This document shows, piece after piece, positions 8,897 through 18,731 of a stretch of 41,393 nt of DNA. The first letter of the stretch is position 1. Each line of letters opens with the position of its first letter. Made by a program: the position numbers and the translations under genes. The stretch is taken from the IMG/VR virus record IMGVR_UViG_3300005996_000032, positions 1 to 41,393 of that record, one strand, 5' to 3'. The notes beneath the pieces are model-generated. The model saw only the letters and a program-made list of their open reading frames with translations, made no database searches and had not been told where the DNA came from. This stretch comes from a virus. Its lineage: Duplodnaviria > Caudoviricetes.

Positions 8897-9030
8897 AGGG
8901 GGGTCCCCTTAAAACGCAGAAACCCCCCAGCGCGGCTCACCTATGGGGGCAGAGCGCGCGCCAGGGGGTTCTGACGATTGGTTACACTTGAGGAGGCGTT
9001 GGGAGCCGCTGACGGGCTCCTGTGGCCGAT

Positions 9031-9261
9031 TTAGGCTGCGGCAGCGTCGTCCGACTTGAACGGCAGGAGGTCTGCGAGTTTCTCGCGCTCCTCATTGCTG
9101 TCGCCCTCGGGCACGAAGTCCACGCCGTTGTCCTTGAGGAACTGGCGCACGACATTGAGGTCGGCTGCGGTAGCTTCGCCATCGTCCAGGCGCTCCTTGA
9201 GAGCATCCACGAAGGCGTCGAATAGGGTGTCTAGGGTTTTCTCGGTGGTCTTCTTAGCCAT
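9031..9261 (-). CDS. terS: terminase small subunit (gp18-like)
   Basis: LKERLDDGEATAADLNVVRQFLKDNGV pattern; immediately upstream of terL. Confidence 0.85.
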   Translation of the reverse strand: MAKKTTEKTLDTLFDAFVDALKERLDDGEATAADLNVVRQFLKDNGVDFVPEGDSNEEREKLADLLPFKSDDAAAA

Positions 9262-9544
9262 TCCAGAGGTTCCCTACTGCCTCTCGGATGCCCTCCTGAA
9301 AGAGCATCCATACGGCACCCACTGCGGCTACCGCACCGGCCACCCAGGCGGCGTAACGATTGACCTTGTGCTCGACGCGAACGACGCGCTCCTTGGTATC
9401 GTTGACCTCCTTTTCGAGGTCTGCCTGTTTGAGGGCCTGTTGGTCGATCCTCCAGAGCATCAAGTCCTGCTTACCCTCGATCCTCATAAGGGACGCGGAT
9501 AGCTCGTACTGGCTCTGGGGGACGTTTGGTGTTTCGTCGGTCAT
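9254..9544 (-). CDS. coiled-coil protein with C-terminal TM helix (holin/XhlA-like candidate)
   Basis: Heptad region followed by YAAWVAGAVAAVGAVWMLF; occupies the T7 holin position before terS. Confidence 0.55.
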   Translation of the reverse strand: MTDETPNVPQSQYELSASLMRIEGKQDLMLWRIDQQALKQADLEKEVNDTKERVVRVEHKVNRYAAWVAGAVAAVGAVWMLFQEGIREAVGNLWNG

Positions 9545-9566
9545 GTCTCCATTCTTCTTGTTCTTC

Positions 9567-10133
9567 TTATAGGTCCGCTGCCCACTCCCAGAGGTCATCG
9601 ACCTGCTCGGCGGGAAGCTCGAACTCGTCGGCCAGGGAGAGGACCAGCGGGTGGTTCCGTTCAAATTGCGTGGCGTGCTTCCACTCGATCTGCCCCTCGG
9701 GGTTGTCGTCCAGGGCATCGTCCACGTCGCCCTCGGTGATCTCGATGGAGGCCAGGGCAAGTCGCACCTGCCGGGGGGACAGCGGGGACATCACCTCTCG
9801 CCGCGACTCCAGGTCCCGAAGGTCCTCGGAGTGGGACGCACGCTTCTCGTTGTAGCGCGCCTCCAGCATCTCGGTGTGGTGCTGCTCCAGCCTCGACATC
9901 AGGGGGTCAATATAATCCTGGACGTACTGTAGGAGGTCGTCCTCCAGGCCATCATCGCCGAGGTGGATGTTAGCATCTTTGTCCACGGGGGACTTCCCAC
10001 CGTGAAGCGTCGTGACGCCGGGGAAGTTCTCCTCGTCGGTGAACTCGATTGACCACTCCACGAGAACCACGAGGTCATCTTCGGAGGGGTCGGCGTGGGC
10101 CTTCACCACACGCCATTGCTTGTTGAGTGTCAT
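9567..10133 (-). CDS. putative tail fibre assembly/associated protein
   Basis: C-terminal LSPRQVRLAL...IEWKHATQFERNHPLV...QVDDLWEWAA pattern, commonly found after phage fibre genes. Confidence 0.6.
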   Translation of the reverse strand: MTLNKQWRVVKAHADPSEDDLVVLVEWSIEFTDEENFPGVTTLHGGKSPVDKDANIHLGDDGLEDDLLQYVQDYIDPLMSRLEQHHTEMLEARYNEKRASHSEDLRDLESRREVMSPLSPRQVRLALASIEITEGDVDDALDDNPEGQIEWKHATQFERNHPLVLSLADEFELPAEQVDDLWEWAADL

Positions 10134-11260
10134 TAGTCGTTCCTTCGTCCTTGAATTGTTCCTTCGGTCGAGAAGGTGATGGAGGCACCATCAGCCAGCC
10201 AGATGGCCCAGTTCGGGTCGGACCCTGCGGACCCTGCTGATCCTGCGGAGCCAGAGCCTTCGCTTCCCGATGCGCCTGTGCTGCCGGTCTCGCCGTCGCC
10301 ACCGGGTTCACCCCAGTCGCCACCATCGCCGCCCGTGCCGCCAGTGCCACCAGCGCCAGCTTCCTCACCACCAGGGGACCCTGCGGACCCTGGGGAGCCA
10401 TCGGTACGGTTCACTCCGACTGATCGCCCGGTGCCCCCAGAGCCGCCCGCACCGCCGTCGCCCCCGGTCGTCTCGTAGCCATCCTCAACGAACCTATCGC
10501 GGGCGATCTCGTAGAGGTTGCCGGATACCAGCGGGCCGCTGAAATAGGTCCAGCCGTCTGTGCCGGTGAAGCTGTCGGTGTGGCTCGGGTAGGTCTGGCT
10601 CGGTGAGCCGGAGGGATCGCCCCAGTGGGCGTATGTCGATCCGCTGCCGTGGAGCATGTAGACGTAGAGGGGCTCTGTGCCGGTATACTCAAAGCCGCTT
10701 TCAGGCTGTCGCTCGGTGTACGACGTGTCCGCCCAGCCGGGACCGCCTTGGCCCCCTGTGCCTCCCGTACCGCCGTCGCCCCCGGCAGCGCGGATCGCGC
10801 CGAGGTTCTCAACGGTGGCCTCGGAGTTGGGCTGGAGGTACAGCGTCCCGTCATCGGCGCGAACGTCGCCACGGTTGATGATGCGAACGCCCTGGGCGTC
10901 CGATGGGACCCTGATGGCACCGAACCCGTCATACGCCATGAAGAAGCTGGAGGTCAGTTCGACCTCGCGGGTCCAGTCGGAGATGGCGTCGTCACCAGCC
11001 ATAGACAGGACGTTGAGAGTATCGCTCCAGGTCCCGCCAATTTGATAGCTGAACTTCGGCTCGGTCCCGTAGAAGTCCGACATGGACAGTGGGCCGCTCG
11101 TGGGGACGCTCTCGGCGTGGTTGGTGCCCTGGTTGTTGGGTGCGTTATCCTTGATGATCCCGGCCCCACGGTAGAGGTCGGTGAGCATCGTCGGGCCGGA
11201 AGCCCCATACTCATCCATGACCTCCGAAAGCCACATGGGGCCGGAACTCGGAATTGCCAT
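10133..11260 (-). CDS. glycine-rich tail fibre tip/adhesin
   Basis: N-terminal MAIPSSGP...VPTSGPLSMSDFYG adapter motif and several GGxGG runs around a variable aromatic-rich insert. Confidence 0.7.
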   Translation of the reverse strand: MAIPSSGPMWLSEVMDEYGASGPTMLTDLYRGAGIIKDNAPNNQGTNHAESVPTSGPLSMSDFYGTEPKFSYQIGGTWSDTLNVLSMAGDDAISDWTREVELTSSFFMAYDGFGAIRVPSDAQGVRIINRGDVRADDGTLYLQPNSEATVENLGAIRAAGGDGGTGGTGGQGGPGWADTSYTERQPESGFEYTGTEPLYVYMLHGSGSTYAHWGDPSGSPSQTYPSHTDSFTGTDGWTYFSGPLVSGNLYEIARDRFVEDGYETTGGDGGAGGSGGTGRSVGVNRTDGSPGSAGSPGGEEAGAGGTGGTGGDGGDWGEPGGDGETGSTGASGSEGSGSAGSAGSAGSDPNWAIWLADGASITFSTEGTIQGRRND

Positions 11261-11270
11261 TCGTTTCTCC

Positions 11271-12251
11271 TTAGATGTTCTGCTGGACGCCGATGTCGCC
11301 CGCCACGAGGAAGTTCCCCGATGCGTCGATCTTGGCGACCGCTGTGCCGTTGACCGTGAAGACCACCTCGCCCGAGCCGTTGATCTCGACAGCGCCGAGT
11401 GCCTGGGCTGCGGTCTGGGCCTCGTCGCGGAAGCCCTCCGCCTGATTGCGGTATGTCAGCGTCGTGTTTCGGAACGCCTCCGCTTCGTCTCGGAAGTCGC
11501 CAGCGTCGTCTCGATGCTCGGCTGCGGTGTCCATGCTGTTCTGCGCGTTGAGACGGTAGCCGTTGGTGGTGTCTCGGGCAGACTGTGCCTCGTCCCGTGC
11601 GTCGTAGGTGTCATCACGGGCCTGGAGGGTATCGTCGCGGAAGCCCTCGGTGGTGTTCCGGTAGTTGAGGGTGGTGGCTCGTGCTTCCTCGGTGTCCTCA
11701 CGCCATCCGTACACGTCACTGCGGTAGGCATTCACGAGGTCTGCGGTGTCCTCGGCCTCGCTCTCGGCAATCTCTGCGCCGGTCCTGGCTGTGATCGCTT
11801 GGGCAAGCTCGGACGACATCGCCGTCTCGGCCCATTGGCGGGTCACCACGTCTTCATCGTCAATAGGATCAGCGACGTTCACGATGCGCCGATCGGTGGC
11901 GTCGAGGTTTCCATCGGTGTCCTCTGCCAGCGTGGCGTCGAGCGCGTCGAACGCCTCGGATGTAACGTCGAGGGCCTGTCGGGACTGGAGGTTGATGTCG
12001 GAGCCTCGGATGGCTCCTGCGGAGGGGATTTCTGCGATCAGGGTGTCGCGCTCGGTGCGCCGGAAGACCCTGACCTGTGCCCCGTCGTCTGGTGCCGGTG
12101 AGACCCTGGCCGTGTTCGGCTGGATGAACTCGAAGGCCACCTCATCGCCGTCTACGGAGACAACGATGTAGTCCTCGCTTAGGAACGAGAACGGGATTGA
12201 GAAGTCGGTCTGTTCCCCGTCACCGAGGTACAGTTCATAGGTGCTGCTCAT
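11271..12251 (-). CDS. tail fibre protein (gp17-like N-terminal anchor plus coiled-coil shaft)
   Basis: GDGEQTDFSIPFSFLSEDYIVVSVDG...VRVFRRT anchor; DATDRRIVNVADPIDDEDVVT motif; Arg-periodic heptads. Confidence 0.9.
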   Translation of the reverse strand: MSSTYELYLGDGEQTDFSIPFSFLSEDYIVVSVDGDEVAFEFIQPNTARVSPAPDDGAQVRVFRRTERDTLIAEIPSAGAIRGSDINLQSRQALDVTSEAFDALDATLAEDTDGNLDATDRRIVNVADPIDDEDVVTRQWAETAMSSELAQAITARTGAEIAESEAEDTADLVNAYRSDVYGWREDTEEARATTLNYRNTTEGFRDDTLQARDDTYDARDEAQSARDTTNGYRLNAQNSMDTAAEHRDDAGDFRDEAEAFRNTTLTYRNQAEGFRDEAQTAAQALGAVEINGSGEVVFTVNGTAVAKIDASGNFLVAGDIGVQQNI

Positions 12252-12309
12252 GTTTCCTTATTCATTGGAGGCCCCGCCCTGGATCGGGCGAGGCTCTCGG
12301 GGTGTGCGT

Positions 12310-15300
12310 CTACTCGTCCAGCGCCTGGACATCCTCGAAGTCATCGCTCGGGGGTCTCTCATCGCGCCCTCGTGCGAGGGTGTTCATGAGCATGACCATC
12401 GGGATGGCGTTGGAGAATGGTAGGACGCGGAAGAGGCTCTGGATTTCCTGCTTGGTCATCCCCCGTTCGTTCAACAGGGGGTGGGCAATCGCATCCAGGA
12501 AGTTGACTGCGCTCTGTGCTGCGTCTGCGGTCGGGTTGCCGAAGATGAGGTCTGTGGCCTGTCCCGTGGTACGGAAGTCGAACCAGTTCTGACCTGTCCC
12601 TCTGCCCAGGATGGTGGTGTCAAAGAGCATCGGAAGGACAGACGAATAGCCCGACCTCTCGAACGAGGCGAGGCCAACGGTCATCGGATCGAGCCTCTCT
12701 TCGAGGTACTCGTCGGCATCCTCCCGGCCAATCGCGGCGATCTTCGTCCGCACTGCGTAGGAAAGACCACCCAGCATGGAGGAGAAGAGGAAGAACGTCA
12801 TGGCCCCGATGTCGCCACCCTTCGCAAGGTGGACGTTGTGCATCAGGTTGTTGGTGAAGGCACCGAAGATGAAGCTTCGGAACTGCATGAAGATGCGTCC
12901 CATCGGGTGGCTCATCCACTGGGCAACCATGCCGATGTCGTTCTGCTGCACGGCCTGTCTGGTCGCGCGGTAGATCGCGGACTTGAAAGCCTCTCGGGCC
13001 TCGGGGTCCTGCCACCTCTCGAAGTGCATCCTCTTGACCTTGTTGCCGGTCAGGACGCCCTTCTCGGTGGTCACGTTGTCGGGGTCGCGGAGTTGTCGGA
13101 AGATGCGCTGTGTCATCTCCTCGCTGATACCGTAGCTCCGAAGGCGGCGCTCGGTTAGCCTCCTGCCGCCATTGGCCATGTCAACGAACCGCTGGACCAT
13201 AGAGTTGGCCATCCATCGCTGCATTCCGACGTTCACCACGTTCATCCCCGACAGGTCCGAAGTCATTCTGGACCACGAGTTGAGGACGTTCTCGGCGTCG
13301 TTCATCTTGCTGCCACGGTCGGTGTTGAACGGGCTCCCGCTCATGTCGTCCATGCGCATGTAGTCGTTGCGCGTGAGCCGGTCCAAGCCAACGGCGATAC
13401 CCTCTTCGAGGTCCCTTGCGAGACCGTTCTGGAGGGACCAGTCGCCAGCCTCGTCCACGGCGCGGCGCATTGCGGGCATCTGGGAAAGCATTGCCTTCCA
13501 GCCGGAAGCCCCCATGATGCCAGCCAAGTCCGGTATCTGGGCGAAGCCAGCTTGGTTCATGATGCGGTTGTAGTTGAACTTCTCCATCACGCGGAGGAAG
13601 TCACCCCACTGGCTGTTGTCCATGCGGTGCGTGGGCCGTCCGACGATCCAGTTATACATGAAGGCCATGCGGTCGGCCTCGCTCTGCGCCACGCGGTCAC
13701 TCAATCCCCTGTCCGCTGCGGACTTGAGGATCGGGTTGAGCACGTTGGAGGTGAACTCTGCATCGTTGGTGATGCCGTCAACGAGGACCTCCTTCGTCCT
13801 GGGGTCTTCCACCCTGTAGCGGGCCATCGCGATCCTACCGGCCATCTGGCGCGCGTAGCGCCCGAAGAGGTAGTTTGCGTCGTTGACCAGGAGGAGGTCC
13901 TGGAGCGTCACCTTGTCCACGCCCGTGCCGTCCCTCCTGCGGAGAGACACCTCGGTGTTCTCCTTCATGAGGACCCTGGAGCGGCCCCTTGCGGTGCGCC
14001 CCGTGTCGGTCTTCTTGCTGTAGGAGGAGAGAATGGAAGCTGCCTCGTTCTCCGACATGCCGCCGTAGGTGCGGAGGATGTCAGCGATGTCTTCGATGTC
14101 GTTGGAGGAAAGCCGGTTCGCGGCCATGCCCTCCAGGTGGTGGAGGCCGATGGAGTTGTTGGTGATCGCACGGGCGAAACCCGCTGCGGCCTTGCGCTGG
14201 ATTACCTCTTCAACATCAGGGCGTGCCGCCCTCATGCCAGCGAACACGGCCTCCTGGAGACCCTCGTCGCCGTACACGTTGCGGGCGGTATGGACCTTGT
14301 TGCTGTCGAAGACCCTCATCATGTAGTTCGGGTTGTCGGCAAGCTCCTCGAACCCAGCCACCGCGCGTGCGTCCAGCCCCTCCATCATGCGGGGGTTCTG
14401 GGCGATCTTGCGGATATGGTCCTGGAGAGACCTGATCTTGTTCCCGACCTTCATGACGTGTGGGCTGTACCGACCGTCTGCCGGGTTCTCGTCGCGGACG
14501 TACCGGCCGATCTCCTCGTGGAACTCGGTGGTGGCCTCCCGCTTCTTCCGGTACTGCCAGGGCTTGATGTTGGCGTCCTCTAGGAAGGCCCTCTGCGCTG
14601 GCGTCCAGGACCGGAAGTAGTCGCCGGTCCAGGCGTCGAAGAAGCGGAGCGTGTCCTCACTGGCCGTCATCGGGCCGGGTGTGGCCGCGTCCTTGGCGAG
14701 TGGCTGTCCCAGGAGCCTCGTAACGGGGTTCTTGGAACGCATGATGATGCCCATGTTGTCGAAGCGGAGATTGCCCCACATTGCCTTGGGGACCTCGCTG
14801 TCACCGATCTGCGCAAGCTCCTCGTTCAAGAGGCGCTCCATAGCCGGTGTGCGGGCCGCGCCCACGGTGCTTCCGGGGCTGTCCATGTTGTCCAGTAGGG
14901 TACGCTGCATCCGGGACATCTCTGCCCCAACGTCCTGCATCGCAGGGTTGCGGGTGAGCGCGCCCACTGCGGCACCAAAGCCAGCGCCGAAGACGCCACC
15001 GGCCAGCACGTCCCAGCCATCCCGCTCGGGGACGATGGGGACCGTTGCTGCCGTACCGGCTACGCCAGCCGTGCCACCCAGGAGGGCGGAGTGACCGGCG
15101 CGCACGGCGCGGGAGGCCGAGGCCGTCCGAATGAACGGGGCTGCGGCACCGAGGGTCAGAGCTTCGGCACCCAGGGCAACCGGGTCGAGCAACTCTGCCG
15201 CCATACGACGGGCAGCGCCGCTCCAGCCAGCCTCGGCAAGGCGCGTCTCGCGTTCCTCATTCTTGAGGGCAGCTTCGCGGATGGACCGGGCGTGCTCCTC

Positions 15301-16098
15301 GGAGCGTGCCCTGGAGAACCACTCGGCGTATCGCTGTGGGTCCAGGTCGTCACCAAGGAGTTCCTGGACCTTGCCCTCGGTAAGCTCGAACTCGGGGTCC
15401 AAGGTCATCTCTGGGCGGTGCCGGTTGATGGCCGCGATGGTGCTCTGCGTGGTGAAGGCGTCCTTCCACAACTGGATCGAGCCGGGGTCGTCCTTGCGAT
15501 CCGGCATCTCGTCAGCCGTCATAGGCTCGAAGGTCATCGGCTCCATGCGGTTCTGGCGGTGGAGAGAGGTGCCCTCCCCGCCCTCGAACTGTGGAATGGG
15601 TCGCTGCTGTTCGAGCGGCTCGGCGTCAGCCCCGCCTGGGTGCGACACGGTGCCTGTGGAGGTGTCGCCCAGGAGCGCCCGTGCGTTCTCCCGGTGTTCA
15701 TCCATCTGGAAGTTCACCTTGTCGCGCACGGTGCCTGGAGCGCCGCCATTGTCTTCGTCAGAAGCGTTGAACTTGTTGGCGTCACCGGCATTGATCGCCG
15801 CGTAGATGCGGAGGATGCCGTCGCCGGGTTCCACGCCGTTGTCCAGGAGATACTGCCCCGCCGCTCGGACCTGATCTCGAACAGGGGTGTCCTGGCTGAC
15901 ACCGTACTTCTCCGCCTGGGGCTCGCCCCACTGGATCAGTCCCCGGTGCTGGCCCCACTGTGTGCGGGGGCCGGGTTGCCAGGGGTCAAACGTCCCGGCT
16001 GTTTCGTAGGACATCACCGTGGCAATGTCCTCGGGGTCCCAACTGTTCTCTTGCGAGACCTCCAGAATGGCGTCACGCAGTTCTCTTGATTGGCTCAT
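12310..16098 (-). CDS. internal virion protein D (gp16-like) with N-terminal lysozyme-like domain
   Basis: 1262 aa; position before the fibre gene; N-terminal ATVMSYETAGTFDP...GLIQWG motif; C-terminal MQFRSFIFGA. Confidence 0.85.
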   Translation of the reverse strand: MSQSRELRDAILEVSQENSWDPEDIATVMSYETAGTFDPWQPGPRTQWGQHRGLIQWGEPQAEKYGVSQDTPVRDQVRAAGQYLLDNGVEPGDGILRIYAAINAGDANKFNASDEDNGGAPGTVRDKVNFQMDEHRENARALLGDTSTGTVSHPGGADAEPLEQQRPIPQFEGGEGTSLHRQNRMEPMTFEPMTADEMPDRKDDPGSIQLWKDAFTTQSTIAAINRHRPEMTLDPEFELTEGKVQELLGDDLDPQRYAEWFSRARSEEHARSIREAALKNEERETRLAEAGWSGAARRMAAELLDPVALGAEALTLGAAAPFIRTASASRAVRAGHSALLGGTAGVAGTAATVPIVPERDGWDVLAGGVFGAGFGAAVGALTRNPAMQDVGAEMSRMQRTLLDNMDSPGSTVGAARTPAMERLLNEELAQIGDSEVPKAMWGNLRFDNMGIIMRSKNPVTRLLGQPLAKDAATPGPMTASEDTLRFFDAWTGDYFRSWTPAQRAFLEDANIKPWQYRKKREATTEFHEEIGRYVRDENPADGRYSPHVMKVGNKIRSLQDHIRKIAQNPRMMEGLDARAVAGFEELADNPNYMMRVFDSNKVHTARNVYGDEGLQEAVFAGMRAARPDVEEVIQRKAAAGFARAITNNSIGLHHLEGMAANRLSSNDIEDIADILRTYGGMSENEAASILSSYSKKTDTGRTARGRSRVLMKENTEVSLRRRDGTGVDKVTLQDLLLVNDANYLFGRYARQMAGRIAMARYRVEDPRTKEVLVDGITNDAEFTSNVLNPILKSAADRGLSDRVAQSEADRMAFMYNWIVGRPTHRMDNSQWGDFLRVMEKFNYNRIMNQAGFAQIPDLAGIMGASGWKAMLSQMPAMRRAVDEAGDWSLQNGLARDLEEGIAVGLDRLTRNDYMRMDDMSGSPFNTDRGSKMNDAENVLNSWSRMTSDLSGMNVVNVGMQRWMANSMVQRFVDMANGGRRLTERRLRSYGISEEMTQRIFRQLRDPDNVTTEKGVLTGNKVKRMHFERWQDPEAREAFKSAIYRATRQAVQQNDIGMVAQWMSHPMGRIFMQFRSFIFGAFTNNLMHNVHLAKGGDIGAMTFFLFSSMLGGLSYAVRTKIAAIGREDADEYLEERLDPMTVGLASFERSGYSSVLPMLFDTTILGRGTGQNWFDFRTTGQATDLIFGNPTADAAQSAVNFLDAIAHPLLNERGMTKQEIQSLFRVLPFSNAIPMVMLMNTLARGRDERPPSDDFEDVQALDE

Positions 16099-16104
16099 GT
16101 TTTC

Positions 16105-18207
16105 CTATCGTTGCTGGTGGATACCGCGCCGCGTCTGTTGCGGCCTGACGGACGGGGTGAAGGCGTCGGGCCTTCCGTCGTCCTCCCGTGAGGGCTGCTG
16201 GCGCTGTCGGCGGCGCTGCCGGTCGGTAGCATCGCGAATGGCTTCGCTGTCGCCCTCCCGGATAAGCCGTGCGGCTTCCTGGTTCACTTCGTTGATGTCG
16301 GTGGTCATGGCCTGTCCGTTCTCGTTGAGGAGAACCTGCCCATCCATGTCGGTGACGACCAAGGTGCCGCCGCCGTAGTGACGGACGGTAGCCTCCTGTT
16401 CATCATCGTCGGACGGGAGGAACTGCTCCTCGAACTTGCCCATGATGCTGTTGAGACCGTCCTGCCAACGCTCGTGCCTCGGGTACTGCTCAAGGCCCAC
16501 GATGTACGATCCCCGGAAGTGGGGCACCGTGGACGAGTAGTTCTCGGCGGCGATCTCGATAGCGCGGTCCTCGGTGTATTCGCCGGTGGAGTAGAGGATT
16601 TCAGCATCACGCTGGACTGCTGCCCGTGCGGTGCCGATGGCGAAGTCTTCGGACTGCGACGGTGCATCACCCCGCTTCCAGAGGAAGCCCAGGGCTCGCG
16701 AACGCTTGTCCATGTGGGTGTCGATGGCCTCATCAATGGAGGACATGCGACTACCGAAGCTGCGCCTCATGCCGCGATCACCGGGGTCGAATGCTCGCTG
16801 TGCCATCTCGACGGCGCGCGGGGTGTCCATGCCTCGGGTGCGGATCAGGGCGTCAACCGTGCCGAGGAAGCTGTTGGTGTCCTCGGAAAGCTGGCTGGAG
16901 ACGTAGGTACGGTATGTCTCCTTCATCGAACGCCAGCGGTCCACTCGGTTGGTGATGTCTTCCATGCGGCCCTCGTCCTGGAGGGCGTCCACGCCGAAGC
17001 GCGTCTCGATCCCGTCGAGTTCCTCTTTGATGGCCGGATGGTCCATCCCCATGTTCATGAGGACGTGCATCGTCTCGGTGTCCACTACACGCTGGGAAAC
17101 CCGCTCCTGTTCCTGGAGGCTCTGGCCCCATTGCATGATGTTGCGCTGGAAGTGCTCCCGCTGCTCATCGGCGGTGACCTCGTGGGTGTCCCCCGTGGTC
17201 TCGCTTTCGATCACCGTGTCCTCGAAGCGGGAATAGTCCCCGTCCTCGACCACTCGGCGGATGTTGTTGCGGAACACCTCGTTCATGCCGTGCTCCAGCT
17301 CGTTCGCACCGATCACCTTGGTGGCCCTCTCGCGGATGCGGTCGGCTTCGCCACGATGGGTGATCTTGGAGGACAGCGGGTCCGATGCTGGACCGGCCCC
17401 TTCCCTCGGAGTGTCGATGAGAGCGATGGCGTGCTCGGGGTGCTCGTCTGCGATTGCACCGGCCAGAGACATTACCCAGCGGTCGAGCTTGTCGTAGCCC
17501 ATGCCGAGTGTGCCCTCCTGGCCGAGGTCCTTGTAAAGACCGCGGACTTGCCGGGGGAACTCATCAGGGCTGTAGTCCTCCTCCAGGAGACGGTAGACAT
17601 CCCCTTCGAGGTTCTTGAAGGCCACGTCGTCCTGCACCTCTGCGGTGCGCTCGCCGTGGAACTCTTCCTGGCGGTTCTCCGCCCAGCCGCGAACGCGGGA
17701 CATTTCCTCGAAGAAGCCCCTCTGGGCCATCTCGTCGGTGATCCCACTCTGCTCCAGATACTCGTTCTGGCGCTGGGTGAGGTGGGCGTCGATGTCCCCA
17801 CTCTCCCAGTTGAAGTCGTTCTGCATCTCGTCGCGAAGCTCGCGGGCGAAGTCGATGGCGTCGGCCCGACCGGCTGCTTTCATGAGCGCCGGGGCTGCGT
17901 CGTAGATGACCCTGCCATCGGGGAGACGCCCCGTCCTGGCCACGTCGCGCTGCTGGGCGCTGGTTAGCCTGGAGAACTCGTTCTGGAGCCCCGTGGTGTC
18001 CTGCTCCTCCTGCTGCTGTACGGCGGACAGGTTCGACAGGGACTTGGAGAAGCCGCCCAGGGCCTCCGCCAGGGCGAAGTAGTTCTGCCCTGGGTTGGCT
18101 ACCCTCGGCGCACCCCGGAAGGTGTCCGACTGTAGCGGGGCTGGCTGGATGTCCTGCCGGGGGCGAAGGTCGGGCGCTTGGACCCGACTACCTTGCCGTC
18201 TGCTCAT
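16105..18207 (-). CDS. internal virion protein C (gp15-like)
   Basis: 700 aa, helical, N-terminal ALAEALGGFS; synteny. Confidence 0.75.
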   Translation of the reverse strand: MSRRQGSRVQAPDLRPRQDIQPAPLQSDTFRGAPRVANPGQNYFALAEALGGFSKSLSNLSAVQQQEEQDTTGLQNEFSRLTSAQQRDVARTGRLPDGRVIYDAAPALMKAAGRADAIDFARELRDEMQNDFNWESGDIDAHLTQRQNEYLEQSGITDEMAQRGFFEEMSRVRGWAENRQEEFHGERTAEVQDDVAFKNLEGDVYRLLEEDYSPDEFPRQVRGLYKDLGQEGTLGMGYDKLDRWVMSLAGAIADEHPEHAIALIDTPREGAGPASDPLSSKITHRGEADRIRERATKVIGANELEHGMNEVFRNNIRRVVEDGDYSRFEDTVIESETTGDTHEVTADEQREHFQRNIMQWGQSLQEQERVSQRVVDTETMHVLMNMGMDHPAIKEELDGIETRFGVDALQDEGRMEDITNRVDRWRSMKETYRTYVSSQLSEDTNSFLGTVDALIRTRGMDTPRAVEMAQRAFDPGDRGMRRSFGSRMSSIDEAIDTHMDKRSRALGFLWKRGDAPSQSEDFAIGTARAAVQRDAEILYSTGEYTEDRAIEIAAENYSSTVPHFRGSYIVGLEQYPRHERWQDGLNSIMGKFEEQFLPSDDDEQEATVRHYGGGTLVVTDMDGQVLLNENGQAMTTDINEVNQEAARLIREGDSEAIRDATDRQRRRQRQQPSREDDGRPDAFTPSVRPQQTRRGIHQQR

Positions 18208-18728
18208 TGATTAAACCTCTGCTGCTGTGCGTAGGCGTTCACGCCGCTGGAGAAGATGTTGACGAGGGTCGCGCCGAAGCCGGGTTTACTCGGCTGGGGC
18301 ACAGAGTTGATCCGGGCGATTGCCTGATCCTGCGTGGCGTCCATCTCGCCCCTCATGTAGTCCTGTGAAATCTCCAGGTTCCTGCCGACCGAAGCGCCGT
18401 AGCGGCCTTCCTGCGCGGATAGGTCCTGGAGGAGCGCATTGACAGACAGGCCGGAAACGCCCGCCTCCCCTGCGGCTGTTCTTGCCGTGGATCGAGCGGC
18501 CTGACCCTCCAGGGCCACGTCCTGCGTCGTCTGTGCTGCGGCCTCGCCTTCCTGCTGGATGCGAAGCTGTTGTGATGCGTATTGATTGACTGCTGCGCGC
18601 TGTGAAGCCTCGCGGTTCGCCTCGAATTGGGCCTGTTGGTGCTCGTACTGGGACATCTGCCCCATGTAACCGACCACGCCCTGGGCGATCCCCGCTACTA
18701 GGCTTAGCGCGGCGACTGGAATGCACAT
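18204..18728 (-). CDS. internal virion protein B (gp14-like)
   Basis: MCIPVAAL start, A/Q-rich, AGEAGVSGLSV motif; synteny. Confidence 0.85.
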   Translation of the reverse strand: MCIPVAALSLVAGIAQGVVGYMGQMSQYEHQQAQFEANREASQRAAVNQYASQQLRIQQEGEAAAQTTQDVALEGQAARSTARTAAGEAGVSGLSVNALLQDLSAQEGRYGASVGRNLEISQDYMRGEMDATQDQAIARINSVPQPSKPGFGATLVNIFSSGVNAYAQQQRFNQ

Positions 18729-18731
18729 TCG

